Assembly: GCA_963696385.1 (NCBI GenBank)
Contig: CAVOKF010000005.1
Location: forward strand, 928,001 to 992,000
Length of the DNA: 64,000 nucleotides
From: an uncultured delta proteobacterium
GTDB lineage: Bacteria > Myxococcota_A > Polyangia > Polyangiales > Polyangiaceae
Direction of reading: 5' to 3'
Shown here in pieces: positions 31,847 through 41,446 of this stretch. Under the pieces are notes generated by a model. That model saw only the letters and a program-made list of their open reading frames with translations. It was not told the origin of the DNA and made no database searches. Every line of letters starts with the position of its first letter. Position 1 is the first letter of the stretch. Position numbers and translations under genes: made by a program.

Positions 31847-33177
31847 TCACTGCCCAGTCGCTGAACCTCGCGTGGACTCTGCTCTGCGCTTTTCTAGTGA
31901 TGTTCATGCAGCTCGGCTTCGCGATGGTCGAGACGGGGTTTACGCGCGCAAAGAACGCCGTGCACACGATGGCGATGAACTTCGTCATCTATCCCATCGG
32001 CATCATGGGCTTCTGGCTCTTCGGTTACGGCTTCGCGATGGGAGGGGTGCCGGGATGGAGCAGTCTGGGGCTCGAAAGCGCGCCGCACCTGGAGATCGGC
32101 TGTCACGTCGGGACCCGTTTTTTTGGCTTGATCGGCGGTACCAAGTTCGCTCTCGCGAGCGTGGCCCACGATCCGTCGAATCTCGCGATGTTTCTCTTCT
32201 CGGCCGTCTTCATGGACACGGCCGCTACCGTTCCAACCGGCGCTTTGGCCGAACGTTGGAAGTTTTCCGCGTTCGTCGTCTACGGCCTTTTCATGTCGAT
32301 GTTTCTGTATCCGCTCTTCGCCAATTGGACGTGGGGAGGGGGCTTTCTCTCGTCTCTCGGGCAAAACTTCGGTCTGGGGCACGGCCACGTCGACTTCGCA
32401 GGCTCTTCCGTCGTCCACATGACCGGCGGTGTCACGGCCCTCGCCGGGGCCGTGGTCATTGGACCCCGCATCGGCAAGTTCCGGAAAGACGGGACGGTGG
32501 CGATGATGGAGGGGCACAACCTGCCGATGGCGATCATGGGGACGATCGTGCTGGCGTTCGGATGGTTCGGTTTCAATGCCGGCTCGACGCTCGCCGCCAC
32601 CGAGTCGCACATTGCCGAGATTGCCGCGAACACCGCGATTTCGTCGGCGTCGGGGGCGCTCACGGCGCTCTTTTATGTCTGGCAGCGGCACAAGCGCCCG
32701 GATGTCGCCATGGCGTGCAACGGTATGCTCGGGGGTCTCGTCGCCGTGACGGCCCCGTGTGCGTTCGTCGCTCCGCCCGCCGCGGCTCTCATCGGCGTGG
32801 TCGCCGGATTGGTGGTGGCGTGGTCGGTCGGGGCGCTCGAGAGCAAGCTTCGCGTCGACGACCCCGTCGGCGCCATTGCCGTGCACGGCGCGGGCGGGGC
32901 TTGGGGCACCCTTTCGGTGGGGCTTTTCGCGGACGGAAGCTTTGGGGAGGGGTGGAACGGCGTCAAGGGACCCGTGCGCGGACTGCTCTTCGGCGACGCA
33001 GGCCAGCTCGCGGCTCAGAGCATCGGGGTGGTCACGAACGCGCTCGTGGTCTTTACAATCGCGTTCGGGTTCTTTTACGGACTCGACCGGCTCATGGGCA
33101 TCCGGGTGGCCGCCGAAGTCGAGTGGGCGGGACTCGACGAGATGGAAATGGGTTCCCAGGCGTACACACGCGACTGA
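31843..33177 (+). CDS. amt: Ammonium transporter (Amt family)
   Basis: [44 protein letters not shown] overlap with the kinase stop. Confidence 0.96.
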   Translation: MITAQSLNLAWTLLCAFLVMFMQLGFAMVETGFTRAKNAVHTMAMNFVIYPIGIMGFWLFGYGFAMGGVPGWSSLGLESAPHLEIGCHVGTRFFGLIGGTKFALASVAHDPSNLAMFLFSAVFMDTAATVPTGALAERWKFSAFVVYGLFMSMFLYPLFANWTWGGGFLSSLGQNFGLGHGHVDFAGSSVVHMTGGVTALAGAVVIGPRIGKFRKDGTVAMMEGHNLPMAIMGTIVLAFGWFGFNAGSTLAATESHIAEIAANTAISSASGALTALFYVWQRHKRPDVAMACNGMLGGLVAVTAPCAFVAPPAAALIGVVAGLVVAWSVGALESKLRVDDPVGAIAVHGAGGAWGTLSVGLFADGSFGEGWNGVKGPVRGLLFGDAGQLAAQSIGVVTNALVVFTIAFGFFYGLDRLMGIRVAAEVEWAGLDEMEMGSQAYTRD

Positions 33178-33248
33178 AATCCGAGCGACCCCCCGCGCGA
33201 TTGAAACCCGTGCGAAACGAACTGTTTGGTAGCTATCATCCGTCGCGA

Positions 33249-34715
33249 ATGGATCTGTCACGGTACGACGCGAGTCCGTTCTACGACGAAATGTTCGACC
33301 CCGAGCACCGACCGCGAGTCGGCTGCGAATTGCTCGCTCGCACGCTGTCGTCGCTGCCCGACGCCGACTTGGCAAGGCGCCAGCGCGCGGCCGAGCGGTC
33401 CCTGCTGCACGCCGGCATCACGTTCAACGTGTACGGCCACGAAAAGGGTACGGAGAAGATCCTGCCCTTCGACCTCGTGCCGCGCGTGGTGCCCGCGCGC
33501 GAATGGGCGATTATCGAGCGGGGACTTGCGCAGCGAACGCGCGCGCTCAATCTGTTCATCGACGATGTGTACCACTCGCGGCGGATCGTCGCGGACGGCA
33601 TCGTGCCCAGCGAGATCATCGAGAGCGCGACGTCCTACTTGCCCGGCTGTCGCGGGCTCGACCCGCCGCACGGCGTCTGGTGCCACATCACCGGCACCGA
33701 CCTCGTTCGCGACGGCGACGGCCAGTACTACGTCCTCGAAGACAACCTGCGCTGCCCCTCCGGGGTGTCGTACGTGCTGCACAACCGTACGATGATGAAG
33801 CGCACCTTCCCGCGGGTCTTCCAAGAGTCGCGCGTGCGCCCGGTCGACGCGTACCCGAGCGAGTTGCTGCGGGTGCTCCAGAACGTGCGTCCGCGGGGGA
33901 TCGCCACGCCGACCGTCGTGGTCCTCACGCCGGGCCCGTACAATTCCGCCTATTCCGAGCATTCCTTTCTTGCCCAGCAGATGGGAGTCGAGCTGGTCGA
34001 ATCCCGCGACTTGACGATTCGAGATGGGTTCGTCTGGATGCGGACGACGCGTGGAATGGCGCGAGTCGACGTCATCTACCGCCGCTTGGACGACACGTTT
34101 CTCGATCCCACCGTGTTTCGCCGCGACTCGATGCTCGGCATTCCAGGCATCATGGGTGTCGTGCGCGCGGGTCGGGTGACGCTCGCCAACGCTCCCGGAA
34201 CGGGTGTCGCCGACGACAAGGTCGTCTACGCCTACGTCCCCGCTATCATTCGGTACTATCTCGGCGAGAACCCGATCCTGCCGAATGTCCCGACGTACCT
34301 GTGCTTCGACGAGAAGCAACGCGACCACGTCCTGTCCAATTTGCACAAGCTCGTCGTCAAAGCGGCCAACGAATCGGGCGGATACGGAATGCTCATCGGA
34401 CCCCAAGCCTCGTCCGCGGAGCGCGCGGCGTTCGCCGACCACATTCGCGCCAATCCGCGCAATTACATCGCTCAGCCGCTGCTCGCGCTCTCGCGCGTGC
34501 CGACCTTGGTCGGTGATTTTCTCGAAGGTCGTCACGTCGACCTGCGCCCGTACATCCTGCACGGTGGCGACGACATCTTCGTACTGCCGGGCGGGCTCAC
34601 GCGAGTGGCCCTCAAAAAAGGGTCGTACGTCGTGAATTCGTCTCAGGGAGGGGGCAGCAAGGACACCTGGGTCCTAGCCGATGACGTTTCGCACAAGGAC
34701 GGGCAGGCATGCTGA
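33249..34715 (+). CDS. Circularly permuted type 2 ATP-grasp protein
   Basis: [65 protein letters not shown]. Confidence 0.95.
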   Translation: MDLSRYDASPFYDEMFDPEHRPRVGCELLARTLSSLPDADLARRQRAAERSLLHAGITFNVYGHEKGTEKILPFDLVPRVVPAREWAIIERGLAQRTRALNLFIDDVYHSRRIVADGIVPSEIIESATSYLPGCRGLDPPHGVWCHITGTDLVRDGDGQYYVLEDNLRCPSGVSYVLHNRTMMKRTFPRVFQESRVRPVDAYPSELLRVLQNVRPRGIATPTVVVLTPGPYNSAYSEHSFLAQQMGVELVESRDLTIRDGFVWMRTTRGMARVDVIYRRLDDTFLDPTVFRRDSMLGIPGIMGVVRAGRVTLANAPGTGVADDKVVYAYVPAIIRYYLGENPILPNVPTYLCFDEKQRDHVLSNLHKLVVKAANESGGYGMLIGPQASSAERAAFADHIRANPRNYIAQPLLALSRVPTLVGDFLEGRHVDLRPYILHGGDDIFVLPGGLTRVALKKGSYVVNSSQGGGSKDTWVLADDVSHKDGQAC

Positions 34716-35701
34716 GTCGCGCCGCCGACGCGCTGTACTGGATGTGCCGCTACGCCGAGCGGGCCGAGAACGTCGCTCGCTTCCTCGACGTGAGCCTGCA
34801 GGTCATGCTCGATCTGCCGGACACCCACGACGACCCGTGGGAAGGTGTCATCGCCGCCACCGGGGAGGCGGCGTTTTTTACCGAGCGGTACGGCGCGGCG
34901 ACGCGCGACGCGATCGTGCGGTTTCTCACGATCGACGCCGAATCGCCGTATTCGATCGTGTCCTGCGTGCGGCAGGCGCGCGACAACGCGAGGTCGATTC
35001 GCGAGGCCATTTCTTCGGAAACCTGGGAGCAGATCAACAAGTGGTATCTGCTCGTGCGGGACGCGGCGACGCTCGACGCCGTCGTCGACGACCCCCATGA
35101 CTTTCTCGCGGCGGTCAAAGAGGCGTCGCACCTGTTCGTCGGCGTGACGTACTTGACGATGACGCACGGCGAGGGATGGCACTTCGGCCGTCTTGGTCGG
35201 CTGCTCGAGCGCGCTGATCAGACAAGCCGAATCGTGGATGCGAAGCAGCAGCTGCTCCTCGCGCGTCCCGCCGACATCGGAGCGAGTCTCGACGAAATTC
35301 ATCTTTCGGCGCTTCTCCGTTCGGTGAGCGCGCTCGAGATGTACCGAAAACGATACGGCCGTTTCGAGCACGTCGACGTCGTCGAGTTCCTCGTGCTCGA
35401 CAAGCTTTTCCCGAGGTCGATTCGACACTGCCTGAGCAAGGCGCAGCACTCGCTCCAAGCGATCACCGGGACGCCGGTCGATGCCAGCGGAACGAAGCCC
35501 GAGCGGCTTCTGGGGCGGCTCAGCGCCGACTACGAGTTTGCGATTGTTTCCGAGATCCTCGAGCAGGGCTTGCACGAGCACCTGGACGGTTTGCAATCGA
35601 AGCTGAACGAGGTGGGGTACGCGATCTACGACACGTTCTTTGCTTCCCGATCGGATCCGCTCGTCGAACTGGCCCGAGCCGAAGCGGCGCAAATCCAGTG
35701 A
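34709..35701 (+). CDS. Alpha-E domain protein (DUF403)
   Basis: [47 protein letters not shown]. Confidence 0.95.
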   Translation: MLSRAADALYWMCRYAERAENVARFLDVSLQVMLDLPDTHDDPWEGVIAATGEAAFFTERYGAATRDAIVRFLTIDAESPYSIVSCVRQARDNARSIREAISSETWEQINKWYLLVRDAATLDAVVDDPHDFLAAVKEASHLFVGVTYLTMTHGEGWHFGRLGRLLERADQTSRIVDAKQQLLLARPADIGASLDEIHLSALLRSVSALEMYRKRYGRFEHVDVVEFLVLDKLFPRSIRHCLSKAQHSLQAITGTPVDASGTKPERLLGRLSADYEFAIVSEILEQGLHEHLDGLQSKLNEVGYAIYDTFFASRSDPLVELARAEAAQIQ

Positions 35702-35746
35702 GCGGCGGGGGGGGCCGGCCCGCGCGATCGATGCCGCTTCGGAGGC

Positions 35747-37498
35747 TCATTGCATCCGATCGACTCGAACCTCGACGTCGAGCGTTTCGCCCCCTCCGCC
35801 CACGTAGATCGTGCCGGAAGTGGGCGTCGCGTCGAGATAATTGCGCCCCACGGCCAGCCGCACGTGATGGGTGCTCGTCACGGTGCCGTTCGTGGGATCG
35901 AGGCCGCGCCAGCCGACCTCCGGCAGGTAGACCTGCACCCACGCATGAGACGCCTCGGCTTGCCGCTGATTCGTGTCCGTTGGCTTCGTGAGAATGTACC
36001 CGCAGACGTAACGGGCCGGGACGCCCATGAGGCGCGCAAGGCAAATGTAGAGGTTCGTGAAGTCTTGGCAGACCCCACGGCGCCGGGTGTACACGTCGAA
36101 CGCCGTCGTCCCGAGGGTCGTTGCGCCCTGGACATAGGTGTACTCGCGGTGGATGGCGTCGTTCAGATCGAGCAAGGTATCGAGCAGGTCGCCCTGGTTA
36201 CGACTGACGAAGCGCATCGCGTAGTCCAGTAGCTCCATGAGTTCGCTCTCCGGAAGCTCGGGCGGCTGCAGGAAGGGCTGCAGCATGTGCCTTTGCCACG
36301 GCATCCAGACGAGCGGAATCGCCGATCGCACGTGCCGGAGGTCGAAGGCGAGCGGATCGCTGTCGAGGGTCTCCACCGAGGAGCGCGCGATGATCGTGAG
36401 TTCGCGGTACGGGGTTTCGATCACCACACGGCGCGCTCGATTTCCGAAGACGTCGTCGAAGTCATGGGCACGGCCTTCGACGGATACGGACACGTCGCAC
36501 TCCATCAATCGCTGAAGGCGATCCTGCATCGGAAAGAGCCGAAGCAGGTGGGTGCTCCGCTCGACCGGAAGCGCATACCGGTAGCGCGTCTGATGCGTGG
36601 TCGACAGCCGCGTTCGGGGCTTGCGGGCGCCCTCGCGACGCTCCGGCCGGGTTGGTGGGAGGCTGACGGCGGGCGCGGGAGCCGTGCCTGGGGTCTCGTC
36701 GGCAAGCAGGTCGCCGACCACCGCCCCCTGTCGCAACGAAACGAGCTCGCCGGGAGCGAGGCGCCGCCAGGACAAGGGCGCGCCGGAGCCTTCGTTGTTC
36801 AAGGGCGACGACGAGATCACACACCCTTTTCGAGGCTTGCTCCCCCGCCGGGTGAGGTCGATACGCACGTCGGCGTCGCCGAACGCGACGCCCACGTACG
36901 GCGGTCGGAGCTCCGCGAGAAGCAGCCGCCGCGGGCTGTAGCGATCCGCGTACGCAATGAGATCGCTGCCGTCGCACAGGACCAGGTCGAGGCCCCCGCG
37001 TGTGTTCAGATCGAGCAGCCATCGATGCAAGATGCGCGGATCGGCTTCGGCGAGCGAGCGCCAGCCGCGCGCCGCGATGCGGGTGAGCAGGCCGCAAAAC
37101 ACGATCTCCGTATCGGTCGCGCCGACCGGCTCGAAGGCCGGCTCGAACTTCTCGTCGAGGCTCGACGTCAAGCTGCCGGCGTGACCGATCATCCACTCGC
37201 GGCCCGCCCAACAGCGGACGAACGGCTGCGTGTTCGCGTCCGTGTTGGGGCCCCACATGGCCGTTCGCACGTGAAGCACGAAGAGCGACGACTCGAGGTG
37301 CTCCCAGGCCTTCACGAGCTCGCCTCGGATGCTGCCGCGAGGCGGCGCGGGCTCCTTGAGTACGGACGCCGAGGGTTCACCCGCGGGGTAGTAACCGAGG
37401 CCCCAACCGTCGGGTAACGACTGTCCCGGCTGAAGACAACGTAGGTCGAACGATGGGGCGAGTTCCCCCTCGAACGACATTGCAAGCAGGTTCGGCAT
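35747..37498 (-). CDS. Fusion of a class II GATase-like domain (no Cys1) and a bacterial transglutaminase-like domain
   Basis: N-terminal DGWGLGYY, ANTQPF, GATDTE, but starts MPNLLAM; C-terminal HQTRYRY, GVCQDF, ARYVCGY, HAW, DPTN (C-H-D triad). Confidence 0.9.
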   Translation of the reverse strand: MPNLLAMSFEGELAPSFDLRCLQPGQSLPDGWGLGYYPAGEPSASVLKEPAPPRGSIRGELVKAWEHLESSLFVLHVRTAMWGPNTDANTQPFVRCWAGREWMIGHAGSLTSSLDEKFEPAFEPVGATDTEIVFCGLLTRIAARGWRSLAEADPRILHRWLLDLNTRGGLDLVLCDGSDLIAYADRYSPRRLLLAELRPPYVGVAFGDADVRIDLTRRGSKPRKGCVISSSPLNNEGSGAPLSWRRLAPGELVSLRQGAVVGDLLADETPGTAPAPAVSLPPTRPERREGARKPRTRLSTTHQTRYRYALPVERSTHLLRLFPMQDRLQRLMECDVSVSVEGRAHDFDDVFGNRARRVVIETPYRELTIIARSSVETLDSDPLAFDLRHVRSAIPLVWMPWQRHMLQPFLQPPELPESELMELLDYAMRFVSRNQGDLLDTLLDLNDAIHREYTYVQGATTLGTTAFDVYTRRRGVCQDFTNLYICLARLMGVPARYVCGYILTKPTDTNQRQAEASHAWVQVYLPEVGWRGLDPTNGTVTSTHHVRLAVGRNYLDATPTSGTIYVGGGGETLDVEVRVDRMQ

Positions 37499-37615
37499 TG
37501 AGTCGTAACGTGGCCGGGTCGATCGCTCGCGTCAACGCCCATCCGCGCATCCGGCTTGGCCGTATTCGCGCGCTCGTGATACGTGCTATCTGTTTGATTT
37601 GCGCGGAGGCTTGCG

Positions 37616-38713
37616 ATGGACCCGCACGAACTGAGCAAAGAGCTCCAGACATACGCCCGAATCGATGGCGACACAGACCCAACGCGTCGAGCGTTCTTGG
37701 GCGGTGCCGCAGCCGTGAGCGCTGCGGCGGTTCTGCTCGGGGCTTCGACTGCGACGGCGCGGACGCCCGCGGGGCTTCCGGCCCAGCCGCCTGCGGGCTT
37801 CGTTCCCTTGTCCGCTCCTGGGCAAGTGGTGCGAGTCAAAAAATCCGGCTGCCTCGAAGCGAACCACATCTTTCCGAAAGTCGATGACGCGAAAGAGATG
37901 CTCCAGCGGGCACTCGCGGAGCTGACGGGCCGGGCTGAACTTGCAGACGCCGTGAAGGCGTTCGTGCACCCGCAAGACAAGGTGTGCGTGAAGGTCAACG
38001 GAATCGCGCTTCAGAATATGGCGACGAACAAGGAGCTCGTGCTGCCCTTCATCGAGGCCATGGTCGCGTCGGGTGTGCCCGCGACCAACATCACCGTACT
38101 CGAGCAATACCCGGGCTTCATGGCCGGGACGCGCATCACGGCCAGGAACGTTCCGGCCGGCGTCACCGTCGCCTGGCATGCGAACAACGACGCGACGATG
38201 GACTGGCGCGACATTCCCGGAACGCAGCGGCACACGAAATTCGTGCGCGCCCTGACGGAGTCGACCGCGCTCATCAACTTCGCGCTGGTCAAAGATCACT
38301 CGATATGCGGCTACACCGGGGCGCTCAAGAACATGACGCACGGCTGCAGCGTCAACCCACAGGATTTCCACGATCATCACGCCAGCCCCCAGATTGCGAT
38401 CTTGGCGGCCCAGGACGTGTTGCGAACGCGTCTGCGTCTCTGCGTGATCGACGGCTTCAAGCTGATGGCGCACGGCGGTCCGCTCTACAAGCACCCCGAA
38501 TACGTAACGGCTCACGAGTCGGTCTACGCCTCTACGGATCCCGTTAGTTTGGACTCGATCGGATGGGCAGAAGTGGAGGACGCTCGGGCCAAATTCGGCC
38601 TGAAGTCTCTCACGGACGAAGGCCGGCCGCCGGCATACATCCAGGCAGCCGCCGATCTCGGCGTCGGAATCGCCGATCGGGCGAAAATCACGCTCCGAGA
38701 AGTGACGCTCTGA
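37616..38713 (+). CDS. Tat-exported DUF362 protein
   Basis: TRRAFL twin-Arg motif; VKVN, KDHSICGYTGALKN, DPVSLD. Confidence 0.85.
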   Translation: MDPHELSKELQTYARIDGDTDPTRRAFLGGAAAVSAAAVLLGASTATARTPAGLPAQPPAGFVPLSAPGQVVRVKKSGCLEANHIFPKVDDAKEMLQRALAELTGRAELADAVKAFVHPQDKVCVKVNGIALQNMATNKELVLPFIEAMVASGVPATNITVLEQYPGFMAGTRITARNVPAGVTVAWHANNDATMDWRDIPGTQRHTKFVRALTESTALINFALVKDHSICGYTGALKNMTHGCSVNPQDFHDHHASPQIAILAAQDVLRTRLRLCVIDGFKLMAHGGPLYKHPEYVTAHESVYASTDPVSLDSIGWAEVEDARAKFGLKSLTDEGRPPAYIQAAADLGVGIADRAKITLREVTL

Positions 38714-38769
38714 CGGGCGGAATAGTCCATAGTTTCGCGCTCCGGAGCGAGCTCCTGTAGGATCGCTCG

Positions 38770-39657
38770 GTGGCGTCCGACTCCGAGCGAACTCGCGTCA
38801 CCCGACTGAAGGAGGTCGCTGGTTCGACGAGTGGGCCTTCCGGCGCCGCCTGCGTCGTGGTCATTTACGGTCCGGAGCTCGGCAAGCGCGTGCAGCTCGG
38901 GACCGCGCCGTTCGGCATCGGGCGATCGGCGCGAAACGATTTGGCGATCGATCAAGAGAGCGTCAGTCGCCACCACGCCCGCATCACGTTCGATGGGGCG
39001 GACTACTGGCTGCACGATCTGAATTCGACCAACGGCACGTACGTGAACGACGGCTTGGTGCGGGAACAACGTCTCACCGACGGAGACCAAATTCACATCG
39101 GACGGTCGATTCTCAAGTTCATGACCGGCGAGAACGTTGAAGCTCAGTACCACGAGGAGATTTACCGTCTCATGACCGTGGATGGCCTCACGCAGGCGTT
39201 CAACCGGCGCTATTTCAACGAAGTCTTCGAACGCGAGTTCAACCGATCGGGGCGCTATCAGCGCGCGCTCTCGCTGATTCTCTTCGATATCGATTTTTTC
39301 AAGCGGGTCAACGACACGTTCGGCCATCTGGCGGGCGACAGCGTGCTTCGTCAGATCGCGGCAGCCGTGAAGCCCCGCCTACGCCGCGAAGACGTATTCG
39401 CCCGCGCCGGCGGCGAGGAGTTCGCCATTTTGCTGCCGGAGATTGCGCTCGAGGGCGCGCGCATCACGGCCGACAAGGTGAGGCGCATCGTCGAGGCGTC
39501 GCGTTTCAAGCACGAGCAACAGGTGATCGCCTGCACGATCAGTTTGGGCGTGGCGTCCTTTCAGCCTGCCATGGCCGACGCCACGACTCTTTACAAGGCC
39601 GCGGACGATTGGCTGTACCAGGCCAAGCAACGCGGCCGTAACCGAGTCGAGGGCTAG
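38770..39657 (+). CDS. FHA-domain diguanylate cyclase
   Basis: IGRS..SVSRHHA..STNGT FHA domain; DGLT, RRED I-site, GGEEF. Confidence 0.95.
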   Translation: MASDSERTRVTRLKEVAGSTSGPSGAACVVVIYGPELGKRVQLGTAPFGIGRSARNDLAIDQESVSRHHARITFDGADYWLHDLNSTNGTYVNDGLVREQRLTDGDQIHIGRSILKFMTGENVEAQYHEEIYRLMTVDGLTQAFNRRYFNEVFEREFNRSGRYQRALSLILFDIDFFKRVNDTFGHLAGDSVLRQIAAAVKPRLRREDVFARAGGEEFAILLPEIALEGARITADKVRRIVEASRFKHEQQVIACTISLGVASFQPAMADATTLYKAADDWLYQAKQRGRNRVEG

Positions 39658-39721
39658 GCGAAAAGCTAGGTCGGCGGGAAGCTCGACCCCGCTGAGCGCT
39701 TCGCACTGGCCCATCGTCTCG

Positions 39722-39853
39722 TCTCCTGCTGGGGTGCTCGAGGGGAGCGGCATTCGCTCCCCTCGACGTGTCGTGGAGTCTGTACGGCGAGAGCGGAGCC
39801 GAGAGAGCGAAGCGAGGCGGAGCGAAGCGCTCAGGGGTGATCGGGGTTTCGCC
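39722..39853 (-). repeat. REP/MITE-like intergenic element, copy 2 (inverted)
   Basis: Reverse complement aligns with copies 1 and 3, including the TCGAGGGGAGCG/CGCTCCCCTCGA hairpin; lies between convergent genes. Confidence 0.85.
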
Positions 39854-39875
39854 AAGCGATTTGCCGTCCTCCAGT

Positions 39876-41021
39876 CTAAGGGCACGCGATCGGCACGGGG
39901 GCGCCGGCCGCGATCCACGAGCTGACGATTTCGAGCTCGGGCACGGTGAGCGCCTGCGGGTTCGGCGCGGTGGACGTCGGGTCGGCGGGGTAGGGCATCT
40001 CCCGCCCTGGAATGAGCGCGGCGAGACGCGTACGTTCGGCAGTGGATAGCGCGATCGGGCAAAGATCCCCGTCGGCATCGCAGGCGACCGAGTACACGCG
40101 GGCCTGATTCGGGGCAGCCGCGTCGGCATCCACGGGGGCGCCGGCGTCACACGGCGAGGACGACGCACTCGACGAGCACGGTAGCGATGGCGCCGCCATC
40201 AGAAGCTTGTACATGAGCCAGCTGTGCGCTGGATTGCCGGAGGTCGGCTCAGCGACTCCGCCGCCGAGCTCGGGCGCCGCGCCGTCGACCCCGGAATCCA
40301 CGAACAGCAGTTCGGGTTGGGGCCCGGGATCGATGATCGGCACGTCTTGTGTGAAAGCGAGCGTCGGCGCCTCTGCGACGCCGGCCAAAGGGCCCGTGTT
40401 GGACTCTTCCGCCACACGCCCGATTGCCGTAGCCATAACGCCTTGCGGATCGGTCAATTCCAAACCCATGGCGGGCAGCGCGGGCGCTGCGCCGTGACAC
40501 CCGGCGCCGCCGCACTTGCTCGCGAAGATAGGCAGGACCAGGCCGCAGAAGTCGGGCGGCGATGTCAGCGGCCCCTCGGCGGTCCCCGCGTCGGGCTCGA
40601 TGAGAAATGTCAGCGAGGAGGGTGAGGACTGTGAAAGCGTCGCTCCGTCGATGGTACGCAAACCGAAGGTGTCCGTCGGTCCGCTGGGCGACACGATCGT
40701 CAGCTGGTAGGCCTGCCCAGGAACAAAGGCTTCGTCCGGCAGCGGCGTGATCGTCACGACCCGCGCCACCGGGTCGTACGTGATGGTCGGCACCAGCGCT
40801 GCCGCGCTGTTGCCCACGAGTTCTGCCAGAACAAACGTCTGACGGGCGATGCTGAGAGGCAGGAGCAAGCGATCGAACGACAGCTCGATCGAGTCGCTCG
40901 GAGCGAGAAATCCACCGCGCACGTTCGAGTCCACAAGGTGCACGGCAGGCCCCACCGGGACCGATTCGTTGCTCGCCTTGCCTTGATCGCAGGCGGCCGG
41001 AAATAGGGCTAGACCGATCAG
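39876..41021 (-). CDS. Probable lipoprotein with an Ig-like (Big_5-type) domain and a cytochrome-c-like CX4CH segment; start uncertain
   Basis: FPAAC lipobox-like; IELSFDRLL...YDPVARVVTITP..GQAYQLTI; PIFASKCGGAGCHG...EMP...WIAAGA. Confidence 0.65.
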   Translation of the reverse strand: MIGLALFPAACDQGKASNESVPVGPAVHLVDSNVRGGFLAPSDSIELSFDRLLLPLSIARQTFVLAELVGNSAAALVPTITYDPVARVVTITPLPDEAFVPGQAYQLTIVSPSGPTDTFGLRTIDGATLSQSSPSSLTFLIEPDAGTAEGPLTSPPDFCGLVLPIFASKCGGAGCHGAAPALPAMGLELTDPQGVMATAIGRVAEESNTGPLAGVAEAPTLAFTQDVPIIDPGPQPELLFVDSGVDGAAPELGGGVAEPTSGNPAHSWLMYKLLMAAPSLPCSSSASSSPCDAGAPVDADAAAPNQARVYSVACDADGDLCPIALSTAERTRLAALIPGREMPYPADPTSTAPNPQALTVPELEIVSSWIAAGAPVPIACP

Positions 41022-41275
41022 CTCTCCGAGTAGAGCTGCAGCTGCTCGCGCACGACTTCTTCGCTGACGCCGGTTCTTAGATGGTCCTTCAGGACGTCGG
41101 CGAGAGTGAGCAAGAGTTCGTCCACCCCCTTGTCTTCGATGAGCTTCTGCAGCAGCTGCCGCGCTTCGCGACTCTCGTCGTTGCGCAAGAACTGACGGAC
41201 GGTCTCGAGAGAGATCTCGCCCTGAAAATCCAGGTACATATTCTCTAAGAGGTAGCGAACGAGTTCTTTCACCAT
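41018..41275 (-). CDS. Small helical hypothetical protein (85 aa)
   Basis: GAGGAGG RBS; MVKELVRYLLENMYLDFQGEIS... has protein-like amphipathic composition. Confidence 0.8.
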   Translation of the reverse strand: MVKELVRYLLENMYLDFQGEISLETVRQFLRNDESREARQLLQKLIEDKGVDELLLTLADVLKDHLRTGVSEEVVREQLQLYSES

Positions 41276-41446
41276 CGTCCTCCTCGGCCGCAGGCATGGG
41301 GGGGGGTGTGCAAGGGATAGACTCATATCCCTCGCGGTACGGCGGGTGCAAGGCCGTTTTCGTCTTGTCGCAGTCTTTCCGCAATCCGTCGTCCCCCAAA
41401 ACGGGATGCGTCACCTTTTCTTCGCAGCCCGCAATCGACGAATGGC

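Noticed and set aside
31740..33248. Apparent N-terminal half of a 991-aa ATP-grasp ORF (possible Amt fusion)
   Set aside because: Out-of-frame overlap with amt; amt has its own stop at 33177 and the ATP-grasp begins at MDLSRY (33249).
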